From Hormiphora californensis (taxonomy: Eukaryota; Animalia; Ctenophora), in contig CM035352.1 in NCBI GenBank assembly GCA_020137815.1, positions 7,998,001-8,062,000 of the forward strand: 64,000 nt of DNA. The letters run 5' to 3'. Position 1 is the first letter of the stretch. Each line of letters opens with the position of its first letter. Below the pieces are notes generated by a model. That model did no database searches. It was not told the origin of the DNA and saw nothing but the letters and a program-made list of their open reading frames with translations. A program made the position numbers and the translations under genes. Positions 54,716 through 64,000 of the stretch are shown here, one piece after another.

Positions 54716-57345
54716 CTCGACCAAAACGCGGAGTTTTTACGTCAGCCGACCCGAAACCGGATTAAATTTTGCCACCCGCTGGTCTCAGGGCCTCCAAATA
54801 TGTCAAAATATGTCTGAATTGTCATTTGGGGTCATTTAGACCTTTTAATTACATGTAATTACCCTTTAATTACATGTAATTACATTTTAATTACATGTAA
54901 TTACTTCCAATTACATTCCAATTACTTCAGCACCTCGAGAGCTTTCGAACGCACCCTAGAACACCTTTCTACTCCTTCTAATTGCCGAGTTCTGTATACC
55001 CCTTATTTTGACTGTTTTTCGCGTCCTACCCCTTATAGGTTTGGGTATGGCCATCGCCACACCCCCTATACGTCGCGGGACCTCGAGACCTTTCCAACGA
55101 GCCATAGAACACCTCTCTACTACTTCAGGGGGCTTCAAAACTTTCACTCTAAAAATATCTATGGTTATGGTTATGGTTTATCTCGACCAAAACGCGGAGT
55201 TTTTACGTCAGCCGACCCGAAACCGGATTAAATTTGGCCACCCGCTGGTCTCAGGGCCTCAAAATATGTCAAAATATGTTAAAATTATCATTCTGGGTCA
55301 TTTAGACCTTTTAATTACATGTAATTACCCTTTAATTACATGTAATTACATTTTAACTACATGTAATTACTTCCAATTACATTCCAATTACTTCAGCACC
55401 TCGAGAGCTTTCGAACGCACCCTAGAACACCTTTCTACTCCTTCTAATTGCCGAGTTCTGTATACCCATTATTTTGACTGTTTTTTCGCGTCCTACCCCT
55501 TATAGGTTTGGGTATGGCCATCGCCACACCCCCTATACGTTGCGGGACCTCGAGACCTTTCCAACGAGCCATAGAACACCTCTCTACTACTTCAGGGGGC
55601 TTCAAAACTTTCACTCTAAAAATATCTATGGTTTTATGGTTATGGTTTACCTCGACCAAAACGCGGAGTTTTTACGTCAGCCGACCCGAAACCTGATTAA
55701 ATTTGGCCACCCGCTGGTCTCAGGGTATCCAAATTTGTCAAAATATGTCTAAATTGTCATTTGGGGTCATTTAGACCTTTTAATTACATGTAATTACCCT
55801 TTAATTACATGTAATTACATTTTAATTACATGTAATTACTTCCAATTACATTCCAATTACTTCAGCACCTCGAGAGCTTTCGAACGCATCCTAGAACACC
55901 TTTCTACTCCTTCAAATTGCCGAGTTCTGTATACCCCTTATTTTGACTGTTTTTCGCGTCCTACCCCTTATAGGTTTTGGTATGGCCATCGCCACACCCC
56001 CTATACGTCGCGGGACCTCGAGACCTTTCCAACGAGCCATAGAACACCTCTCTACTACCTCAGGGGGCTTCAAAACTTTCACTCTAAAAATATCTATGGT
56101 TTATGGTTTATGGTTTATGGTTTACCTCGACCAAAACGCGGAGTTTTTACGTCAGCCGACCCGAAACCTGATTAAATTTGGCCACCCGCTGGTCTCAGGG
56201 CCTCCAAATATGTCAAAATATGTCTGAATTGTCATTTGGGGTCATTTAGACCTTTTAATTACATGTAATTACATTTTAATTACATGTAATTACTTCCAAT
56301 TACTTCAGCACCTCGAGAGCTTTCGAACGCACCCTAGAACACCTTTCTACTCCTTCTAATTGCCGAGTTCTGTATACCCCTTATTTTCACTGTTTTTCGC
56401 GTCCTACCCCTTATAGGTTTGGGCACACCCATCGCCACACCCCCTATACGTCGCGGGACCTCGAGACCTTTCCAACGAGCCATAGAACACCTCTCTACTA
56501 CTTCAGGGGGCTTCAAAACTTTCACTCTAAAAATATCTATGGTTTTATGGTTTATGGTTTTATGGTTTTATGGTTTTTTTTTCATCTGGTATTAAGGGCC
56601 TGTCGGCTCGGCCCCGTTGTTTTAGTTTTAGGGGGGATGTTTTAGTGGGGATGGGTTGAGTTTGGGTTATATTCGGGTCGGGGGGCCTTGCCAGGCCCCG
56701 AATATCGACCAAAACGCGGAGTTTTTACGTCAGCCGACCCGAAACCTGATTAAATTTGGCCACCCGCTGGTCTCAGGGCCTCCAAATATGTCAAAATATG
56801 TCTGAATTGTCATTTGGGGTCATTTAGACCTTTTAATTACATGTAATTACCCTTTAATTACATGTAATTACATTTTAATTACATGTAATTACTTCCAATT
56901 ACATTCCAATTACTTCAGCACCTCGAGAGCTTTCGAACGCACCCTAGAACACCTTTCTACTCCTTCTAACTGCCGAGTTCTGTATACCCCTTATTTTGAC
57001 TGTTTTTCGCGTCCTACCCCTTATAGGTTTGGGTATGGCCATCGCCACACCCCCTATACGTCGCGGGACCTCGAGACCTTTCCAACGAGCCATAGAACAC
57101 CTCTCTACTACTTCAGGGGGCTTCAAAACTTTCACTCTAAAAATATCTATGGTTTATGGTAGATATTATGGTTATGGTTTTTTTTTCATCTGGTATTAAG
57201 GGCCTGTCGGCTCGGCCCCGTTGTTTTTAGGGGGGATGGGTTGAGTTTGGTTTATTTTCGGCTCGGGGGGCCTTGCCAGGCCCCGAATGGTTTTTTTTTC
57301 ATCTGGTATTAAGGGCCTGTCGGCTCGGCCCCCGGTTGTTTTTTT
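54716..57345. repeat. Five copies of a roughly 470-bp unit, with a GC-hairpin terminal module present two to three times
   Basis: Units start at (c)tcgaccaaaacgcggag near 54717, 55182, 55651, 56126 and 56704. Internal aattacatgtaatt palindromes. Module catctggtattaagggcctgtcggctcggcccc at about 56583, 57187 and 57300. Confidence 0.93.
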
Positions 57346-57478
57346 TTTTAGTTTTTCGAGGGGGATTTTTAGGGGGGATGTAGCTTGGCTTAGATTTAAT
57401 AAGTGGGGTCAAGGAAGCTTGAGGAAGTTTGGTCCAAGTTATGATTGGGAAGATGCTCATGTTTAGCACTCTGTATGT

Positions 57479-58062
57479 TCATTGTTCACACTCTGCACTA
57501 TCACACACTGGGGCCACTGTCACACACTCACTGAAGCAAATATCACACCGAACCATTTGACAGGAACAATCTTCTGCGGCTGAAAATTGACGGTTAACAT
57601 GGTAACTACCATTAATCATGTTACTGATTAGTAACAATTGGGGGAACTTACTTTCACAGACGCTGCAGTAGGGTCTTCCAGATGGTCCCTTCCCACCTCC
57701 ATACCTTACACCGCCAGGGCTACTAGCTGAAAAATATAATGTGTTATCAGTTGCATGTGTAAAACTGTCACTGCATGCTGCTGAAGCTGTTCTCGGTTTT
57801 TTTTGCACGTGCAAAATGAAGTGAAGCGCTGCACGTGCAAACACCACGTACACAACAACACAATTCGTTCGAGAAACAGTCATTTCTCTACTGGTAAACT
57901 GACTAAAGTACGGCAATTTCGGTTCGTTAGAACCATGAAGTACTAGCATGAGCTGCACATGTTACTGGCTACTGGCACACGTTACTGGCACGTTTTTAGC
58001 TCAACTTACTAAACTCTTCATCATCATTGTCTTCGTAACCAGAAAACTCTGGATATATTGAG

Positions 58063-58140
<78 letters not shown>

Positions 58141-61100
58141 TAGAGATATTACCACCACACACAGCATTACATACCTAGTGGACACTGATCAGTCTCATGA
58201 TCATCGAAGACATCACAATGATCACAAAACACCCGATCTGGCACAAAGTTAGGTGCCCGGGGAGGGGGAGAGGATGCACCACTCAGATTACTCAAATCAT
58301 CCACGTCCTCAAATGACATGCCGGGCGGGGAGTTGAGCCGTTGTTCCATCTCGTTAGCACGTGATCTCTCTCTGACTACCTCCTCCTCTAGGTCGTTAAT
58401 TTTAGTTTGAAGCAGCTTCATCTTGGACATGGCTTCCGTCCTAGGGGTGAGATTGTTACTTTAACTAGGGGAAGAGTAGGGGATGTCATACTTCTTGGGG
58501 GAGGGACTAGGGAGGACACTCTTTTCCACTTACAGTTGAAGTTCGGTTGTACGAAGGGAGGCAGTGAACTGATCCTCATTCTTCTTCAGCTCAGTAAATG
58601 CTGTCTCACTGATTTCTCTGAGAGTTGATACCTCACCTGTTAGCTCATCAAATTCCTGGTTCTACAGGGGGATTACATGTGATGATCTGGTTTAGGGAGA
58701 ACGGGGCAGAGAATCTAGCCTAGGAGAGTATTGTAGGGTGCACTTTGTCTCTTTGCTTCACTGTCTGATACACATGTTCACAGATATAATTCTCACACAC
58801 ACGTCCCCATGCGTGCATTTGTTATACCAGTCTAGTGTCTCTGTCAGTTATTATTTCCCACGCTTCAATCATCGATATACCGTCAACACTCTAAACTCAG
58901 ATGATGTCACAGTGGTGGTAACCATGGTAACATAGTGGTGGTAACCATGGTAACATAGTGGTGGTAACCATGGTAACAAAATGGTGGTAACCATGGTAAC
59001 ATAGTGGTGGTAACCATGGTAACAAAATGGTGGTAACCATGGTAACATAGTGGTGGTAACCATGGTAACATAGTGGTGGTAACCATGGTAACAAAATGGT
59101 GGTAACCATGGTAACATAGTGGTGGTAACCATGGTAACAAAGTGGTGGTAACCATGGTAACATAGTGTTGTTGTCTGTCAATACAAAAACAGCTCAGTAT
59201 AATAATACCTTCTCTTGGAAGGATAGTTTCAGTATTTCATTCTCCTCTGACAGGTTGCTGATCTGCTTGTGAAGGTTCTCAATCTCCTCATCCGATTGCT
59301 GAGGAGAGAGAGGAGAGTGAGTTGAAAGGTGAGGGAGGAGAGTGAGTCGGTCAGCGCGGTATAGATTAGGGTCAGGACACTTCAGAGAGTGAGTTGAAAG
59401 GTGGGGGAGGAGAGTGAGTTGAAAGGTGGGGGATTCCGGATTTGGGTTGATACAAGCGAGGAAGGTGGGGGGAGGGCCAGGGGTTGTGGAGGGTGAGGTG
59501 TGGGGGGTTGATATAAAAAATCACGGTTAGGGCATTCAAAATGGTAAAAAGAAGAGAGACGTAGCTCTGGTTTACCTTAGCATCACACTCCTCTGCCAAC
59601 TCCTTCATCTGTGCTTCACTCTCGCTCAGTTGAACTCGCATCCTCTCCAACTCCTCGCTCAGCTCGGACACCTTTTGCACGTGAGCCTCTCTCTCGGCCG
59701 TTACCTAGGCAACAGTGTGTGACGTCACTATGGAGATGATAATGACGTCATTACAGCAGGATAGGATGATCAAACATGGACAAGATATGTGGGTGGTGGA
59801 GGTTTCTGATTTAACCATGCAGAGGGGGTTTCTGATTTTATATTTATTGATTTGTTAGAAGGGGGGGGGTGACACGTAACACTTTGTAACACTTTGTAAC
59901 ATGTGCAGAAAACTTTTTGTGCACGTTACATGTTACAAAGTGTTACAAAGTGTTACAAAATGTTACAAAGTGTTACAAAATGTTACAAAGTGTTACAAAA
60001 TGTTACAAAATGGGCATTTTTTGCAACATTTTGCAACATTTTGCAACATTTTGTAACACTTTGTAACACTTTGTAACACTTTGTAACGCTTGTAACACTT
60101 TGTAACATGTGCAGAAAATATTTTGTGCGCGTTACATGTTACAAAGTGTTACAAAGTGTTACGTGTCACCCCCCTAGAAGAGACAGGTGGACAAAATACA
60201 CATGCGCCTAAAAACTACCACAGAGTATACTAAAATGTACATGAGCGGATAGAGCTGAGAGGGGGTTGACACACTTACAAGTACAACTTTGGTTCCCACT
60301 TAGACAAGACACGATCAATCTAAAAAGTGGGTCGCTGGCTCAGTGCCAAAATACTATATTTGTCATATTTTGAATGTGGCTGAGAGCAGAGGAATTATTT
60401 TTCAGGGGCTCTAATAAATGGATGAACTGGTCGAATGTGAATCACTAACTCCAAGACATCAGATTATTGGTGAGAGGTATCCCTCGATTATCATGCACAC
60501 AGCACACCCCCTCTCTTACCTCTGCTAGTTGCGTCTCAAGTTCAGATATCCTCGTCTCCCCTGCCTTCCTCACCCTCTCCATCTCCACTCTCATCACCTC
60601 CAGTTCACCCTGCAGTCCCTTCTCGACTCCATCCCGCTCCTGAGCAGAATCCTCCTTCAGCTTAGCTAACCTGCCTTCCAGTTCATCAATATTAGCTTCA
60701 AGAGATCGGACTAGCTCAGCATGTTCAGCACTCTCTTCCTCCCGCTGTTTCGTGACGTCAGCGAGGGCCTGTTCTGATTTGGCCAGTGCTGCTTCTGTTG
60801 GTGCTAGTTTAGCCACCTCGACCTTCAACGTAGCAATATTGTCTCTCAGTTCAGTAGATTCCTGAGTTAACTTGGTTATCTCTGCTGTTTTCGATTGCAG
60901 ATCACATTCCTTTGACTCAGCGCTGGCGAGGGCTTCTCTCAACTGCTCACTAAGTTCACTGTTCACCTTCTCCATCTCGATCACCCTCCCAGCGGCTCCC
61001 TCCTTCTCTCTAGCCAACTCCTCTCGAAGCAGCCCCAGCTCTTCATTCTGTTTCCCAGCCTCGACACTATTCGCTGTTTCAGTATCCCGCAGAGCCGTCT

Positions 61101-64000
61101 CCAGTTCAGAAATCTTTTTGTGAGCTGACAGGATCTGATCGTTTGTGTCATTGGTACTGGATGACAGGAGGGTCTCCAACTCAGATACCCTAGCACCATC
61201 CCGTTCAGCTTGTTCCTGTAACCGGGTGATATCACTTCCAGCTCGTTCTAACTCTCGTTCCAACTTGCTCCTCTCACTCTCTCCCTCTGATGTTAGTTTG
61301 GCCAACTCCGCTCGCAGGTCTGATATCGTGACATCACGTGATGTTATATCATCCGCCATTTGACCGCTATTCGTCTGCGATTCGGTTGCTAAGGCAGCGT
61401 GGGACTCCCTGAGAGTGGCCATGTCACTCTGCAACTCCTCATAGTTCTGTTGAGTGGTAGAGTGTTTAATATCAAGAGCAGCGAGGGCCTCCTTCACCCT
61501 CGATAACTCTCCCTCTCGTTCCACCATCTCCCTTTCAAGGTTCTCCAGCGCTGTCTTCCTGTCTCCCAATTGGGTCTCCAGCTCTAACACTCTATTCTTT
61601 AGCTCAACTGCGATCTCAGCCTCTTGACCTCGTTCCAGTGCCGCTGTCAACTCCTCCTCAAGCTCTGATAACCGTGTTTCGTCAGTGTTCCGAGAGTTCT
61701 TGAGGGCCGTAACCTCAGCAGACAGCTCAGCGACCTGTTGTCGCGTCATTTCAAGTTCAGCTCCTGCTGTGTCAGAGTGTAGGAGCTGTTGTTCGAATTC
61801 TTCCACTTTCTCCAGTTGGATGGTTAGATCAGATTCCAAGGTGGCGATCTGATCTTGAAGTTTGGTCCTCTCTGTTGTGTGATCTGATCTGAGAGATTCC
61901 ATTTCGGAGAGAATATTGTTGAGTTTATCGCTCAGCTCGCCCTTGTCCTTATCAGCCAACTGGAAGGGGAGGACATGGTTAAAATTGGGTGAAAAGGAAA
62001 CAACGAAACTCCCAGAAAGGGCATGATCTGGGAAAGGTAAATGCATGTAGTTCTCTTATATTTTGTCATTATTATTACATATCATGTTTGTAGATGTTCC
62101 AAAGCTGCTCTTACCTCGGCGACATGAGTAAGCCTTGTTTCATATGTTATCCTATCATTTTCAGCTGCCTTTAATTTATCATTCAGCTCATTTCGTTCCC
62201 TCTCACTCTGTGTGGAAGAGAATGCACATTTAGTCCCCCGAAAAATTAAAAGATCGGAATGGGATCGGAATCTTGGCAAGTCCTGATTAAAGTGCAATTC
62301 TCTATTTCTTACCTCTTCGTACATCTTCTTAAGGTTGTCATACTGCTCACTCGTTTGTCTCTGGGGAGTCTGGAATGATATGTAGCATTAGAAGATGAAG
62401 GAGGGAGTTTAGGGCATGATATAATACATCGCAGAGGAGAGAACACTTGTTATATTCTAACCCTCCTTTACATTAGTAAAGACAGAGTCGAGCAAGGCAA
62501 GCTAACACGCTGCTGTTGAAAATGTTGTTCACACTGTGCTTCACACACACAAAGATTCTTTACGACAACATGATAGAGTACTAAGCGAGAATTCTAACTA
62601 ACTACAACACGAAGAAGAGAAAAGGGAGAATTCTACCACGAAGGATCTAAAAAGGAGAAGATTCTATCACAAAGGATCTAAAAAAGAGAAGATTAAGGAA
62701 AGGTGGTAGCACTGCAGGGAACACCACCTCTTTAGATTCCCCTCTTCCATTCATCCTCTCATTTACATCACTTCTCCGGCCCGCTGCTACTTTTAGTGGC
62801 GTCCTGAACACATCAAACAGTGTCTCGTTTGATCTAGATCTATCCGCAACAACATCATGATGTCCCCGCTCGCTATTGGGCCTCCTGAGCTCATCATGCC
62901 CCTGATCATTGGGGGTTCTGGGCCTCCTAAACTCCAGTGAGGGTGGTCTGAGGAGTCGACTCCTGGCTGTTTGCTGCTGATCGGCATCTTCTGAAGACTG
63001 TTTCCGACGTTTTATTCCGAATGTGGTAGCAATTAGTGATGTCATATCGTTTCTAGTTCTTAACGCGGCAGAGAAATCAGGGACCATGTTTAGGGATGGA
63101 GGTGGAGATGGAGAACGGGTGTTTAGGTCACCTCCCTCAAATAGATCCGGAGTGGCGAGAACAGATCTAATTCCACCCTCCGTCTCCTCAGATTCCGAGA
63201 GAGAAGGAGCTCTGTTGTCTTGGGTACACAGCTGCAACTGCTGGGATCGAACAATCTGGACATCTTTTAGAAAATATTGGAGGGAATAGTTCGCACACTC
63301 TCGCACATTCACGTTCTATTGAGATGATCGGAACTCGGGAGGGATGGTACTCACTTCACACACTGCTTCTTTCTCTCACAAATCACACATGCTGTTCTTC
63401 ACACTTGCTTCCATTGCTGCTGCTAACCAGACACCTGTGTTCGAACATGTTCCTCACACACACGCTGCACGCATGGATGAATGGGAGGGACGCACGCACG
63501 GAGGGAGGGTGCACACATGTGTTCTCGCACTGAATCACCGCACTTAACCACACTCCGGTCTCTGCTATACTTACATGTCCATTCCTCTTGTTGACCTCAC
63601 TAAGCCGCTGCTGTAGATCCCCAATGTTCTTCTGCATTGACTCAATATCACGACTCTGTGGTAGAATACATAACGTCACACACACATAGCAACCCCACAT
63701 AGCAACAACATTTATAGCGCGTGGTAACCATGGCAACACGTTACCATAGCAACAACATGGTAACACTCACCTTGCTCCTCATGATCCCAGAGAGAGATGA
63801 AGTCAGTCCGGGCGTGCTGACAGGAGTATTTCTAGCTGAGAAATCAGGTTTCATAACATCTGGAGAGGTAACCTTCCTACTTGGTGTATTTTCTATCCCA
63901 GCAGGAGATGGGATCCTCTTCAGTGCGGTATCCATGGCAGGGGACATGATTCTACTACCGGCTGGTGAAATGATACCCTTCCTGCCAGAATCCAGGGAGT
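57479..64000 (-). CDS. CLIP1: CLIP-170/restin-like coiled-coil protein with C-terminal zinc knuckles; N-terminus (expected CAP-Gly) outside the window
   Basis: Long heptad-rich exon at about 61960-60520. RVFCDHCDVFDDHETDQCP and GRPYCSVCE match the CLIP-170 knuckles. The last exon is uncertain. Confidence 0.8.
58912..59166. repeat. 22-23-bp tandem repeat with the palindromic core ggtaaccatggtaac
   Basis: About 11 copies in a CLIP intron. Confidence 0.95.
59861..60174. mobile_element. Small foldback MITE of 10-bp tgttacaaag repeats
   Basis: TIRs ggggggtgacacgtaacactttgtaac / gttacaaagtgttacgtgtcacccccc, flanked by tagaa(g) on both sides. Confidence 0.8.

Noticed and set aside
54956-57199. Repeated 60-165-aa ORFs suggesting a tandem gene family or snRNA/5S cluster
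   Set aside because: Frames differ between units and no recognisable RNA gene or protein motif is present.

Overview
Intron-rich animal genomic DNA, not prokaryotic; no CRISPR, rRNA or tRNA was seen. The repeat content suggests a ctenophore such as Pleurobrachia (recalled, not checked). Gene models were assembled by hand from GT-AG exons. On + are a tandem-PH protein (5' part outside the window), a sushi-domain protein, alanine aminotransferase and a 65-aa secreted peptide precursor. On - are a type I membrane protein, CCP110, VPS9D1, BORCS7, a small Cys-rich GPI-like protein, CAMKK and a CLIP-170-like protein (5' part outside the window). There are many MITE/foldback elements and satellites, and a 100-N gap flanked by what looks like a duplicated haplotype. 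Three observations stand out. (1) A near-canonical HDV-like self-cleaving ribozyme forms the 5' end of a 1.2-kb non-coding element inserted in a (GA)n tract, in sense orientation in an ALT intron; the element's 3' end is complementary to the ribozyme. (2) The BORCS7 stop codon overlaps the VPS9D1 start codon (ATGA) within one exon, suggesting a bicistronic, translationally coupled pair of endolysosomal genes. (3) A two-exon neuropeptide-like precursor is missed by the ORF track.
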